The notes under the pieces were generated by a model. It worked only from the letters and a program-made list of their open reading frames with translations. It was not told the DNA's origin and ran no database searches. From Camelus ferus (Eukaryota): 64,000 nucleotides of DNA. Each line of letters starts with the position of its first letter. Position 1 is the stretch's first letter. Shown piece after piece: positions 21,191 to 35,357 of this stretch. The stretch lies in assembly GCF_009834535.1 (NCBI RefSeq), contig NC_045696.1, positions 70,124,001 through 70,188,000 of the forward strand. The letters run 5' to 3'. Position numbers and translations under genes: made by a program.

Positions 21191-24100
21191 TATTAAATAT
21201 ATGCTGGGAGTTGTGCCATGCGCTAGGCTAGGTTCTGTGCATAAAGAACATTACTATTACCATTACTATTTTTAATGATAAGTAAGACAAAGGGCTTTAC
21301 AATTTACAGAGCCCTGTTAACATAATCAGTGATGAGTTTACTCTCCAGAGTAAGAAAACCAACAATCTGACTGTAGTGTTTGCCAATTTCCCTGGTATAA
21401 ATACTCCCACCAAGGCAGATTTCAAGCTAATAGCAGTTTAACAACCTGCTTGCGAAGTTACTAAATATTTGACAATTGGCTCTTACAAACTGGTGCATAA
21501 GTCAGCATCAGCACCACAATCTTTGTGATGGTGGTATTTTCACTTTAGAAAAGTACGAAACTTCTAAGGCCATGTATTGACTAAGTGGTAGAGCATATTC
21601 TTTTTTACAACATGAGGGCACCTCTTAGGATAACCCTCACTTTCTTAGGTTGCTTCACAGGTGAAAAAATAATGTTTCCTGTGATCCTGATCTAAACATC
21701 TGATTGCTTGTGAGGGGACACCAGAGTGCAGAGTTATTATCCCTGTTTTTCACAGAAGCACACTGAGGCCTAGAGAGAGGTATATGCTACAGGTCACAGA
21801 GCTAGGATGGAACACCAGGTTATTTTTCCTAATCCCAAACTCCTGTACCACTGTACTACATGGTCTCTTTAAGACAGTTTCTTCTTTTCAAAGCTTATAT
21901 GCTACTTAAGGAGTTGGTACTTATATCAAGGGAATTAACTCCTGCCCACTTCTTTATCCCATGACCTAAGGGTCATATTCTGTTCCACAGAGCTGTGAGA
22001 GAAGAGGAACAACACTGGGGCAGGAATAGTTAGGTTGGGCTGAATGGAATTGAGATGAACCTCTGAAAGAAAGGTGTGTTTGAAACTGACAAAAGAAAGG
22101 AAGTCAGGGAAGAATACAAACATTTGCAGAGACAGGGAAAAATGACCAGGGCATGTGTGAGAGGGCTGGGAACCCAGAAATAATGAAATAGGTAGCTAAT
22201 GTTGATGAGCAGTGTGAAACAAAGGTAACTCCTCCTTCATATAGGGACTCTGAAAGCTCATGAAATAATGCAGATGATTTTTCCCTTTAAACAAATCAAA
22301 GAGATTTAACTACATCCAGTTAGGTTAAGAGGGACTTAAATTCTGGGGCATGGAGAAATTTAGGGGCTGGGAGGCTGCCTGGGAATATACGGTTCGGGAA
22401 AGGAAAGAACGAAGGAAAAAGAAAAGCTGGAGCCCTTTGTTACAGCAACTGCTGTTTGCTGAACTGACCACGATTCCCCTCCCCGATTTGCCCCACTTCC
22501 TTCCTTTTGTGCGCATCTCTAAGCTTTGACATTACTGATCCCCTCATTTTGCTTTCTTTCTGATCTCCTGCCACAACCTTGAGCTGTCTCTGGCCTTCGG
22601 CCTCTCAGATCCTTGCTCTGCCTGATCTCTTGGCCACTGCCTCAGCAGTTGCTTCCAGTCTGTCTCTATCGCTGGGACTCGTGGTTATCCTTTACAGCAC
22701 GGGACATACATACATTATGCTGTTGGCTCATATCAGGCTTGAGGATAATGCAAACACTCAAATGTATATGTGAATTTCAGCCAAACACCTATTTGTGCAA
22801 TTTGTTCTTTGAACCAAACCATAGGATTTTATGTTAATTTCTGATAAATTTCCATTTTGTCCACTTTTATTCTGAGTTTTCCCATGATGACATCATATTG
22901 AAATGAGCTCATATACAAAAAGTTAGAAACACATGTTTCCTTTGCAATCTCTTTCCATTTCTAAGAGGTTAAGAGTGCACAAGAAGTGGACCTGTTCCCA
23001 TAGGCACTGGGGATGAGTCTAAAGAAGAGAACTTCAGCATGATCATCACATTCAGTTTGATATTTAAGAGACCAACAAACAACAAGATTTGCAAGGAATA
23101 TAGTCCAACCCACTTGTTTTACACATGAGAATCAAAACCCAGAAAGACTGCTGACTTGATCAATACAACTAATTAGTGGCAGAGCTGGAATGAGTCCTCT
23201 TTCCTCATCCTTCGCTCTTCCCCTAGTCTGGTTGTTTATTTGGATAAACAGAAACAACTAGTCATGTGACAGCAGCATGACCACTGATGACAAAAACGAT
23301 AATAATTCACAGTGTTACTCTAGATGCACTAAAGCTACACCCAAGGAAGCACAAGCACCCATTTAGAGGGGTGACCCTGCATCTATCAACAGAACAGTGA
23401 AAAGCACCTAGCTATTGGTGATTCAGCTGCTCTGGGAGTGGGCAGAGGTGATGGAAACCTGAAGGTGTGCATAAAGATGTGTAGTCAAAGAGGCTTTCCT
23501 CTGCTCACCAAGAATATCAAGTCCAATTTCAACCAACGAAGGCGGAGAAATGGATAAGCACAAGAACAAAGGGAAAGAAATCATCACCATGACTATATTC
23601 AAATTGATCAAGCTGATTCTACATGTAAGAAGGGTGTAGGAGGATAAAAAGATCACAGTTTTACCTGCGTTTGTACGTTCACCCACATGCTGCCACTGCA
23701 CAATGAAGAGGAGGGTAAGTGGAACCTGAGGGTGCACAAGCAATCCCACCATCTCTGCCTCGGTCTTTGTCCTCCCAGGTCCCCTCTCTCTGTCCAGATT
23801 TGGCTCAGAGACCCTCATGGGAACTGACTGTTTAGATCTTCTAATTCATGAGAAGTCAAAGCTAGAAATTTATTAGAAGGGAACAGAAAGGGAAAGAGGC
23901 AAGAATTTTAAACAGTGAGAGTCAAGTGGAAAAAGACAAGGAAGAGCAGAGGGGTAAAAGGGCCAGGTTGGCACATCACCCTTATCAGGAGGAAGCTCTA
24001 TGGGCAGGGCTGCAGGTGAAGTGATGCTGTTGCCACCTATACAAGGGCTCCTGAATCTGCCAGGAGCACAAGGTAGTGCTTCCATATCCACCCTTCAGGC

Positions 24101-25657
24101 ACACTTGCCTTGCCCTGTGAATTGCTCAGCCTCAAAAGCAGGAAGTGGTTTGTGTAAAATTAGTAGGCGAGGGTTGGAGACAGCAGCAGCTGTGCACTTG
24201 CCAGGGCACTGCCAATTTCTGGAAATTACCTTGGCTTCATGCCAAGATGGAATCAGCACAGAGAAAAAGAGGAATGGAAGAGGTAATGTGGCCAAATGGC
24301 CCTTGAATTCTTGTGTTTTTAGTATATAATATAGTTTCCCCCATATTACTAAAAGAGGATAATTTTATAATAGATCAGATTTTGAGTTTTATGTCATAAA
24401 TATAAGTAAATCAAAGATTTTGGATAATTTTGTCCCACAGATAAAAGTATGACTGAAACTGAATAAAATTTAAAAGTAACTATTATTGCTGAGGTTTCCT
24501 GATTGATGCTCAGCTCTTCCCAAGCTGTCTTCTCTCTACTTGGCATTTTCTTGCCTTAAAATGAACTGCCATCCTAACCTCCTGATTATTTCTCTAAAAT
24601 TCATATAGCAGTATTTAGAGCATAAGTAAGATTTCTGCTATTAGGGCATCATTCACATTTTAAAACTGGGATTCAGTTACTTGTTCATAGTAATAACATA
24701 AAATGATCTTCCCATGGTAGAGGTCTGTCACCGAGATCTTCATCTGAACTTAAAAAAAATTAGATAGCTTTTTCTAATGGAATTACAAAATTCTAAGTAT
24801 ATGATTATTTAAAATCAGATGAGAAGAGTGACCTACAATCACATCTTTACCCCTAACTTGCTCTCTTAACTGTGAACCATCCAATGAAATCCCTATTTGA
24901 AAGGACAATAATAACCTCACATCAACCATATTCATTGACCTACCTTATCCTGTCTTCCTTATAATGTTTCCCCCAATAACCATGCATTCAAAAATACTGA
25001 TTCAGTGTCTACCATACACCTGTATTTTTGGTTTACATTATGAATGTTTAATAATATTGAAGTCTGCTAGAACCAGCAAAAAATTAAAATTATAAAAAGG
25101 CAACCTCCATGTTGACAGATTACTTTATGAATATTAGTGCCTATAAATACAACCATGATTAAAGTCTAATTTTACAATGTAGGTTTCAAGATTTATTTTT
25201 TAAAACCTACATTATAAACATACTCACTTTCAGAGTTGTAGACTATAATCTTATCAAAAATAGAAACTTGTGAGACTTCAAATATACTTTAAGTCAAAGA
25301 CTAAACAAATTTCTTGACCAAAGGAATGATTTCTCTATAATCTCCATAAACCTATGGTAAATAATATATATTAATATAAGTGTTAATATTCCAGAATAGA
25401 ATCAACATTTTCTGACTTGCCATATGAAGAAGAAAATTAATAACTAAATAAATGCACTTAGAATGTCTTAAAAAATAAGACACAGACATTTATGCCCTTA
25501 AATATTTAATATTAATAAGTATAAAAATAATTATATAAGCATTTCAAGAAAACAATAAAGTAGGTTCAAAAGGTCAACAGTGATTATCACTGAAAATTTT
25601 CTATTTTCCTAAATTACTAGTCTCAGCATTCATTACTCGGTTAATCAGAAGTTTTCA

Positions 25658-25844
25658 GGGGGAGGATATAGCTCAACTGGTAGAGTGCATGCTTTGCGTG
25701 CATGAGGTCCTGGGTTCTATTCCCAGTATCTCCTCTAAAAATAAACAAATCTAATTACCTCTCTCCCTGCCATTGCCAAAACAAAATAATTAAATAATAC
25801 AATAACAAATAAATAAAATATAAAAAATAGAACTTTTTAAAAAA
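25658..25844 (+). mobile_element. Vic-1-like SINE with TSD agaagttttca
   Basis: gggggaggatatagctcaactggtagagtgcatgc...gaggtcctgggttc; TSD copies at 25647-25657 and 25845-25855. Confidence 0.9.
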
Positions 25845-26786
25845 AGAAGTTTTCAATCCAAATCTTTGCTGCTTTAAATACACAGATAAATGAGCCATCT
25901 TTACTGCATTCTAAAGACACTGTCAGGAAAACTAATTGTCAGTGTGTGCTGAGACTTGCAAATAGGCATAAGAATAATTATAAAGTCAAAACAAAAACAA
26001 AAATGAATTAAAAACAGATGACAATGAGGAAACAACAGTGGATGACTCCTACTTTGTTTTTATCTTCTCTACTAGTAAAATCATATTCAAGCTGGAAAAG
26101 GTGGAATAATCTTGGTAAGTGAATTGAAATGCAAGAAAGATAAAGAGACAAAGTTATATCTAATTATATCTTGATTATTTACAAGTTCTGAGGTCCAGAT
26201 GAATTACACATTAAGGAACTAAACCCATTGCATTTAGGATCAAAAAGCAACCTTTGGTAAAGAATTATATTTAGGAACTGTGAACAAGTTATTTATTCAT
26301 GGAAAAGTAGAAGATAGAGAAATACCCTAATTTTTTTAAAAAAGGGAGGATTATAGAATATATAGAACTGTGAACTTGAGTTGGTCCCTGACAAAAGCAT
26401 CAACTACACAGTAAGCACTCAATATAAGCTAGTCCCTTTTATTATTTTCCTTTCTTGTTATCTTGTGCTTCTCCTCTCTCTCTCTTTTTTTTTTTTTTTT
26501 TTTTTTGGAAATCTATGACTCTCCTTAAGATGAACAGTTCAGGAGAACAACTGAAATGACCACTGAAATTATTTTAAAATTACTATTTAAATTTTTAAAA
26601 TTAGGGCTATAATGCACACTTTCATATTGTTTCCCAGTCAACAAATTCAGAACCTCCTATGCACTTCATCATATGGAGGGCAATACTGTAAGGGGCTAAG
26701 ACAGAAAGCACTGGTGGAACTAATCATTAACTTGACCTTACTCTCTCTCTAAGCTCCAATTTCATTATCCGTAAGTGGTGATAACA

Positions 26787-26930
26787 GAGGAAGATATAGC
26801 TCAGTGGTAGAGTGCATGCTTAGCATGCACGAGGTCCTGGATTCAATCCCTACTACCTCCATAAATAAACAGATAAATAAACAAACAAAGAAACCTAATT
26901 GCCTCCCCCACCCAAAAATATATATATATA
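26787..26930 (+). mobile_element. Vic-1-like SINE inserted in a MIR
   Basis: atatagctcagtggtagagtgcatgcttagcatgcacgaggtcctggattcaatccc. Confidence 0.9.
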
Positions 26931-27944
26931 CATGGTGCTAACAACAGAATCCACCTCATAGATCATATATGAGATATGATCCAGTGCACAGTGAATCCTC
27001 AAGACTTGTTAGCTATACAAATCTTTAACCAAAAAAATTAAAAGGAAAAGATATGTGGCAATACGCTCAATATATATATGAATTCAAGAGGCATGAAAGG
27101 AAGGACAAGGGGACAGTAAGATTGTCTTAAGGAAAGTAAAAGAATGAGAAAAGGGGGATAAGGAGGGATAGACCAATATACCTAGAAATTGAGGCACATA
27201 GAGTTTGTAACATTCATTTGAAATTATAAATGAAAGCACAGAGAATCAATAAACAGAAAGATACCAGGTCAAAATGGAATAAGTAAGATGGAAAAGAGGA
27301 GAGAAAAATCCCAAACGTGTGCAACTTCTTTTTCATACTTAATTTCCTTTGTCTTTGATTTAATTACAGTAGTTATTTTTACATTCCAGGTTTTAATTAA
27401 ATGGAAAAGAAAAGGAAAACTCTACGTACCTCTAGTATTTGAGAGAATATTAATACTTTGTAGTTCTAATATTTGGGAGAAAAAGTATGTAATACCCATG
27501 GTTTTAACATTGTTATATTAAATTAGGAGATAATTTTATTGATTCAAAAAATATCTCTAGGGAAAGATTGCCTATGTTTTAAACAAAAGAGCAATTAGAA
27601 CATAGGAGAACCATTGCAGAACTGTGTTCCCAAGGGAGGTTATGGAATTTTCTTCCCTAGAGATCCACAAATTTCTGTATCATGTAATGTTCACATGAAG
27701 ATATTCTGCCTGTCAGGGACTGCCTAATTCTACTATTGCCTCATCCACCTTCCTGGAAACGTTACTGTCTTCAGGCAGTTCACCTTCACTTTCTTGATGA
27801 AGCCCCCATCCCTAGGGCAAGGCCTAAAAAGTTTGCTGTGGCTCCAGGCCTAGAGAACATTGTACAAAAGCAACTTCCCACAAACTTAGGGGGGAAAATT
27901 CATAAAAAATAGTCCTTAAATGATAAATTTAACATTGCTGCAAA

Positions 27945-28160
27945 ATGCATGAGCTCTAGATTCAAACTTTCTGGTTCAAATACTGATTCTGTGCACGGGG
28001 AAGTTCCTTATCTTTGTGCATCTCAGCTTCCCCAATCAGAAAGTGGATAATAAAGAGTATCCACCTCAGGGCTGTAACAAGGGCTAAATGAGGTAATACT
28101 TGCAGAGTGTTTAACATATAACCTGGCACAGAGTAAGAACCTACTAAAGCTTTGCTATTT
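27945..28160 (+). mobile_element. MIR SINE
   Basis: ctggttcaaatactga...ctcagcttcccca...taaatgaggtaatac...cctggcacagagtaag. Confidence 0.75.
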
Positions 28161-28714
28161 ATATTTTAAAGGCATAAATATTTTATTCTAAAATAAGATA
28201 GTATATTCTTTATTAATAATAATATCCATATGGTTAAGGAGTAAGACCAAGTAAGTATATGTATTTTACAGCACATCCGTCCTTGGTCATTCCAGGGATA
28301 TAACCATGTATATCCAGGGATATAACAACCTTCAAGTTGTCCCAAAGAGTGGCTATTTTCATTTTATAATGAAAAGACCATTTATTTCCAAGGGGTTAAG
28401 TAGAGCAGCTTAGCCCAGAAATTAGCAATGACCTACCCTATAGGATATGACACCAATATTCATTGGCCCCAGGCCCTGAGACCACTTCGATCACTCTCAT
28501 AGTCGCAATGCTTTGTCTCGTTTGAAAAAAAAAGGGGGGGGGATGTAATTTGAAGAATCACGTATGTTGAGAGATTAATAATCCCCTAATAAAGAGAGAG
28601 TATCAGTGGCACAAGTAAGGAATTTATGTGAGGAATAAAAACATATTTAATAATTACCTATAATAAATATCACAATATTAACATATAACTACATTTGTAT
28701 ACTATGTCATATGT

Positions 28715-28840
28715 TTATTTTTGGAGGGGTAGTTAAGTTTCCTTATTTGTTTATTTTTAGAGGAAGTACTGGGGATTGAACCCAGGACCTTGTGTATGCT
28801 AAGCCCGTGCTCCATCACTTGAGCTACACCCTCCCCCTAT
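28715..28840 (-). mobile_element. Vic-1-like SINE (antisense) with TSD ac(t/c)-tgtcatatgt
   Basis: gtactggggattgaacccaggaccttgtgtatgctaagc...cacttgagctacaccctcccc. Confidence 0.9.
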
Positions 28841-29069
28841 TTACTCTGTCATATGTATCTTCCTTTGTAGACTGGGTATGCTTCTAAAGAAAAAAATAAA
28901 CTGAATCTAATTAGAGATTAATTCATATTCCAAATGTACTTGGGGTTGAACTGAAGGAAGGTTTTTATGCTATAATAATCATTTTTCTGAATTAATATTT
29001 TCTGAAGTCTGTGTGAACACTGCCTGTATGATAAGTGAGCAGCAGAAGCAGGCACTAACACTGAATTTG

Positions 29070-29600
29070 TTGCAGGACCCTTTATAAACCCAGGCCCTGG
29101 CAGGAAATAGATGGCACACTTGAATGTAGCAAATGAGGAGAATGTAATGAGACTACTTACGAAGGAGGGGGCAGGAAAAGCAACAAGGATGGTGCCATTT
29201 CCCAAAGCTAGTAACAGTCAAAATGCTGTTAACTGGCAGGGGAAAAATTACCAGAACCTGGAGAGCACAGCTATAGAAGAATGTTATCCAGAGGAGCTGT
29301 GGCTTTTGGTAGAAGGATGCAATCAAAGTTCAATGACCTGATAGGGATGGAGCCAGGGGAATTAATATTGAACCCCAATCTCACTCTCCTCTTGCTAGCT
29401 GAGACCCTGCAGATGCTTCGCATTGGTTGAACCCAATAGAAAACCAGAGGGTAAGGACGTCCATTGATGCAACCTCCAAAAGCACAGAACAGAGTGCTTT
29501 CAGAAGGACTGAAAATAGATCTGATCCTAAGTACCATACCAGTGGAGATCCTGATGCTAACGGCAGAGACAAAATGGTCAAGCCGGAAATGCAACAAGCA
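29070..29600. mobile_element. Old MaLR/ERVL-type LTR remnant
   Basis: cattggttgaacccaatagaaaaccagagggtaagg...tccattgatgc motif typical of old MLT1 LTRs. Boundaries uncertain. Confidence 0.5.
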
Positions 29601-31289
29601 TAGCTGAGCTTGTAAAAGGTCAGCTAGTAAAAGGTCAGTCTCTGGCTTCTCCAGATATTTTGGTTTGGTGAGAAAACTTGAACTCTGGTGTCAGTTATGG
29701 GGTCTATAGCAGTTGGGTATCTATAGGACAATCTGTTTTTTCTGCCTGGGCTGATGTATGGGGAATACTTTCCCCTCTAAATATATAAAATACTATTTAT
29801 TATATTCAGGTCTTCTATGAGTCTTAATACCATGTAATATGTTCCAAAAAAGCATTTCACCAATGAAAACTAAATGATATTCACATTGTGATTAAATACT
29901 AATAGTGGAGGCAGCTTCCTACACATGGGTTCTGAAAAATGGTCTTCCTCATGTGACTTATGAGAGTATTAAATGAGATAAAGGACATGAAAGTGCTTTT
30001 CAAGCTATTAAGTAGAATCTCGATGCTAACTGTTGCTATTAAAATATATGCCAGCCACGGGGAAATGATGGATGGCATACTGCTTAGTAAGAATTGGTGG
30101 GCTATGCTGTCAGGAGCTACTGCTCATGACTCTAACCAGATGAGAGAAGAGGGAAAATTTTTCTAGATGAAATTATATTATGAAAGTTCTCTTTTCCCAG
30201 TAAGTTTACTGTTAGAGTTTGGACTCTTTGGATGGTGAGTTATAATTGAAATAGAGATAAATATAACACATCATGCATTTGTTTTATACTATATTACATG
30301 AAAGTAAGCTTCATGGCCAGCTTAGTATAACAACAGAGTTATTGAAGAGTATCAGTAACAGTCTTCCAATGATACATGTGGAATTTCCCACAAAGCTGCA
30401 GATCCTACAGACTGTTCCTGGGCAAGTCCTGAATGTACTTGGCAGGCAAGAAGTTGTCAAGGGTCCTTCTGCCATCACTGCATTGCATTTTCAGGTCTCG
30501 CTTAGGAATGATAGAATCATAGATTGTTAAAATTGGAGGGAGCAGTGAGTGGGTGATGATTTCTATTTTTCAAGAGAAATAATTCATCCTAACTAGTTTG
30601 TATATTTGCTAGGGGTAGAATCCAAGTATTATTTATTTCATTCCTTGTTCACTTCTTTTCCTCCTTATCTAGCCTCAGCACCTAGTACAGGACCTGATAT
30701 CATAAGATGCAGTTTACTTTCTGGTTAAGAGAACTTCCCACGTACACAAACACGCACATACACGTGTACATGCACACAGAGCAATTTGACAAACAATATA
30801 TTAATAACAATAGCTAACATTTTCTGAGATTATTGGTGCCAAACACTGTTCAAAACACTTTTCCTATTTTCACTTCTCTAATCCTCACATCAACCCTTCG
30901 AGAAAGGTACTATTATTACTCCTCTAGTTGATAAAGCAGTTGGGGCACAGAGTGTTTAAATAACTCACCAATAGCTACTAAGTAGTAAAGACAAGAGTTG
31001 AACCCAGTTTCACTCCAGTTCCAGAGCCTGAGCCTGAGCCCGAGTCCAAGCCCATGCCGTTAACCACAGTGCTCTACTGTCAATATTATAATGGTCTTCT
31101 ATTTAATTAAGAAAGATCTAAGTCAGAAAAATATGGACTTGACTCACATCTTACCTCAAGCTTGAGTTCTACATTTAGGATAAAAGGTAAAAATTCCTAG
31201 CAACAAATAAAAACAAGTGGAGAATTCTAAAATATGCCCACTTTCTATAGGGTTTACTCCATTCTCTTTTAACATCAAACCGCTAAACT

Positions 31290-31495
31290 TGCACTGTCCA
31301 ATATGGGAGCTTCTAGTCACATGTGGTTATTTAACTTAAAATTAATTAAAATTAAATAAAATAAAAAATTCAGTTCCTCGGAGGCACTAGTCCATTTCAA
31401 ATGCTCAGTAGCCAAGTGACTAATGGCAACCATACTGGACAGCACAAAATAGCGCATTTCCATCATCACAGAATGTCCAGTTGGACAGCAGTTCT
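31290..31495 (-). mobile_element. MER3 (hAT-Charlie) DNA transposon fossil
   Basis: gcactgtccaatatgg...cacatgtgg...aaaattcagttcctc...catttccatcatcacaga...ttggacagc. Confidence 0.85.
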
Positions 31496-34189
31496 GCATA
31501 AGATTCATTCATATTAATAGACCTGTTTGTTGGGAGAATTAATGAAGAGATTATGGCTTTCCTTTGTACGTGGGAATTTGCTAAATGCACAGAACTCCAT
31601 TACCTCCTTTAAAATAATAGGTTTGCTACCAAGTTTTAGTAATATCTGTGAATGAAATGATTTAAGCACAGCTCATTCTAATGATGGTTCATCAAGATCA
31701 CATTAGAGCAGAAATTTTTTTTAAGGATTTTTCAAGGGACCACACAGCCAGGTGTCTAAAATCATCAAAAGAGCCAAAGGAACCATTTTCAAATAACAAA
31801 GTAGTTTCGATAGTCATTTGTGGAGAATTTTTAAATTGAAATTAGATTATTGTTATTCTCATAATTACCATTCTACAAAATTCCTAATCACAGGACTAGT
31901 GCAGGTGAAAGGCAGAAAACTAGGGGAGGGCAACTGGAGGAAAGGCTGAACAGGACCAGAAGTTTTTACCAAATCACTAACAGGTCTTGTCACTTCTCAG
32001 AGAAGACTGTACAGATAACCAGGATAAAAACTCCAGGGGGAGGCAGGAACTCTAGACTCTGGATCCAATGTCTAATTTTATTAGAAAAGTAATTAAAACC
32101 ATATTAGTGAAAGATCCTATTGCTTTAGATGTTCAAATTTCTCTTTAACATTGTTTTTGCTCATCCAAGCAGTCCTAAGTTTTAATTTTTTAAAATAATG
32201 CTTCAGTCAAGATGATACTCTAGAAAATGTAGGATAGGACATTCTGAGCTTTACCAAGAATAGAAATTTGAAATTGGCAAAAATCAATCATTTTTCACCT
32301 GTCTCATGCCACTGTTTTGGAATGTGAATTTGACCTTGTGCTAGAGAGTAATCCAAACCCATCATTTAATTATTCATTGGTGTACTTTCCACTTCTACGC
32401 CCATTATATAGCTAAAATTTGCAAACTACTAAAAGATCCTTGATAAGTCCCAACTGTCCAAGATGACGATGGCAAGGAAGAACATCAATAAATATTAAAT
32501 ATTTATTCTAAGTGTTAGAAAATAATAAATGTACAAAATAGTTCCAATGGAAAGAAAAATAAAGGCAGAATAATACACTATTTGTGATTGTAAACAGTCA
32601 GTATGCAGTGCCTCAAAACAAAGATTAATATTACAGAGGATGGAATTTATAGACATACTTAGAAGCCTCCCTTCAGAAATTATAATTTGAACTCATTAAT
32701 GCACACATATTTTTCAATCATAGATTCTTAGAAAGTTGTGTATGAGTCAATTTATATGAAATCCATTTACAGAAAAGACATAACGATAAAGAAAACAGAA
32801 ACCAGACCAGTGGTTAACAGGGGAAGGATGGAGGGAGAGGGGACCTACTTGAGCTTTTCTTCCCCTTAATTCCAATACTCAGATCTGCAAAAGGCATTCT
32901 GAAGGCAGAATCCCAGAGCTGTCCTGAGCAATGGCAGAATTCCCAGAACACACCAGTAGCCTTCCAACAGGCTCCTTGGAAACTATCAGTGCTCTAAGGA
33001 CACTGATACTTTTCCTGACACTTACTAGGATGCCTGGGACAAAGTCCATTTAGTTGTGTAAATTGTGGCAAGTTTTGTTAAAATGCAATCACATTGCTTT
33101 AGAGTTATAACTTTCCATTTATGCATATATTAGAATTGATTTGGTATTTAGAATCCTGTAAAATCCTTTGAGACAGGGGTATCTCTGAGTCTTTCTAAAT
33201 GAAAGTTAATAAATATGAGTTGATAGAATAAAATGAGTTAAGAGTTTAGCTCAGTAAAGGTTACATGGCCTTAGAATCTAAAAGCCATCCCTAGAGTCTC
33301 CTACCCCAGAATTGGTGTTGATTAAAGGTTGAGGTAAAGCTCCAGGGTTGGGTGGCAGAAAATGGTGAAGGAAGGAGACATTAGTTATATCCTGAGGGTT
33401 CACAGACAAACACATAATCACCTCATGAATCCTTTTCCTTACTTACTGAGGCAAATCAAAGTTTCCTTCTCATTAAATCCTTTCTGTTTCTATTGTCCTT
33501 TCATGATTTTTTTTCCCTTTCTAGCCATGCTTCCAATATTAATTTTTAAACTTCATTTTACTGGATAGAAATTTTGTGGGAATATACCTCACATCTCTGG
33601 GATGATCCCACCCCACTCTATAATTTCCAACTTTCATTTGAAGAATTTTTCCAGAGCCCATAAAAACAACTAGTTTCATTAGTGAGAATTGATTTTGCAA
33701 TGCGACATCAATTCAACCTCACTAAGACTGAAATGAAGAGAGTAGCCAAGTCTAAAATATGAAAATAAATAAACAAACACCTATGTGGAATCATAGAATC
33801 CTTATACTGAGTCTACTAAATGGCCTTCTCATAATCACTGAAATAACAACGGGGCTAGGATGGTCCACCAGTTATACCAGTGCTTGGAAATTAACCTACA
33901 TACAATACTTTGGACAATCCAGGTTTTTGGATTAGTGGCGTATTCTGTTAGCCTACACGTGTCTAATCCCATGGGACAAAACCAAAGACAAGACTGGCTG
34001 TGGTCACAGAGAAACTTAAAGAAGAGTCTGATTATTTTTTAACCCTAGTAGATTCAGGTTCTGATTCTGATTTATTTTTTTTCTCTCTCTCCTTACTTAC
34101 AACCTAGGCAGAATCAAGAGAAGAGACTCAAATTTCACAATAGCTAGGATTTAGTTTGAGAGTCAAAGTGGAGGAATAAGAATGTATTA

Positions 34190-34420
34190 GGAGGGAGAGA
34201 TAAATTAGGAGTATGGGATTAACAGATACACATCACTATATATAAAATAAACAAGGATCTACTGTATAGCACAGGGAAATACAATCAATGTCTCATAATA
34301 ATTTATAATGGAAAAGAATCTGAAAAAATACATCTATAACTGAATCACTTTGTTGTACACCTGAAACTAACACAATATTGTAAATCAACTATATGTCAAT
34401 AAAAAATAAAAATAAAAAAG
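34190..34420 (+). mobile_element. L1 3' UTR fragment
   Basis: gggattaacagatacac...actgtatagcacaggga...tgtacacctgaaactaacacaatattgtaaatcaactata plus A tail. Confidence 0.9.
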
Positions 34421-35018
34421 AATATATCCTGAAAATCACTGTATGTCATCTCATAGAGATTTTCTTTATTCTTTTGTACATGTTTCAATTCGATTAAATA
34501 TGATTCACTGTTTTATTTGGGCTTTAAAAATGTATTTATCATACTCCTAAACAGGCCTGCCATGTTACTGGCTTTATTTTGAGCCTTTTCTCAACATGGC
34601 AGTATAATTTAATTAAGGGAAGGCGCTACAAAAAGAAAAGTTGAGAACTAAATTGCAGGCTAGGGATGGCTAAATTGAGAGTCAAGTGGTACCCCAGGCT
34701 TCCTGTTTTTCTGACTTCAAAATGTTTTAGGTAATTTTTCCTGACAACTCTGGGGCTCTCCAGTCTTTTTTAACTTTTCTATTACTGGACTCTCACTACT
34801 CTTTCCCTCAGAGTCACTACATTATACAATTCTAAGGGGCTTCATTCCCAACGACAGCCCCGTTTTTATGATTTCTCTTCCCACAAATGATTCTTAAAGT
34901 AGAAACTATTTCTAATAAGATCAACTGATTATTTCACTTCAGGGAATTACAACCAAGTACCTTAAATACACGAGATAACACTGTAAGGGAACTAGAGTTA
35001 TCCTTCCAATTCACTCAT

Positions 35019-35357
35019 TGCTATGGTCTGAATATGTCCCCAAATTCATATACCAAAATCCTAAAAAGTGATGGCATTAGTAGGTAGAGCCTCTGGGAGG
35101 TGCTCAGGTCACTAGGGTGGAGTCCTTATGAATGAGATTAGTGCCCTTATAAAAGAGGCTCCAGAGAGCTCCCTTGCCCTTTAACCATGTGAGAATAAAA
35201 TGAGAAGTCTGTGACCCAGAAGATGGCCCTCATCCAACCATGCTGGCACCTAATCTCAGGCTTCCAGCCTCTAGAATTGTGAGAAATAAATTTCTCTTGG
35301 TTCGTAAACCACCCAGTCTGTGGTATTTTGTTATAGCAACCAGAATAGATTAAGACA
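35019..35357 (+). mobile_element. MaLR LTR (MLT1-like solo LTR)
   Basis: tgctatggtctgaat...tccccaaattcata ... cttccagcctctagaattgtgagaaataaattt ... ttgttatagca...taagaca. Confidence 0.9.

Noticed and set aside
23423..23818. 131-aa minus-strand ORF
   Set aside because: No recognisable homology or convincing splice context on that strand; length is compatible with chance.
26787..26860. tRNA-like sequences here and at 2853 and 25658
   Set aside because: They are SINE heads with A-rich tails, mostly with TSDs, not tRNA genes.
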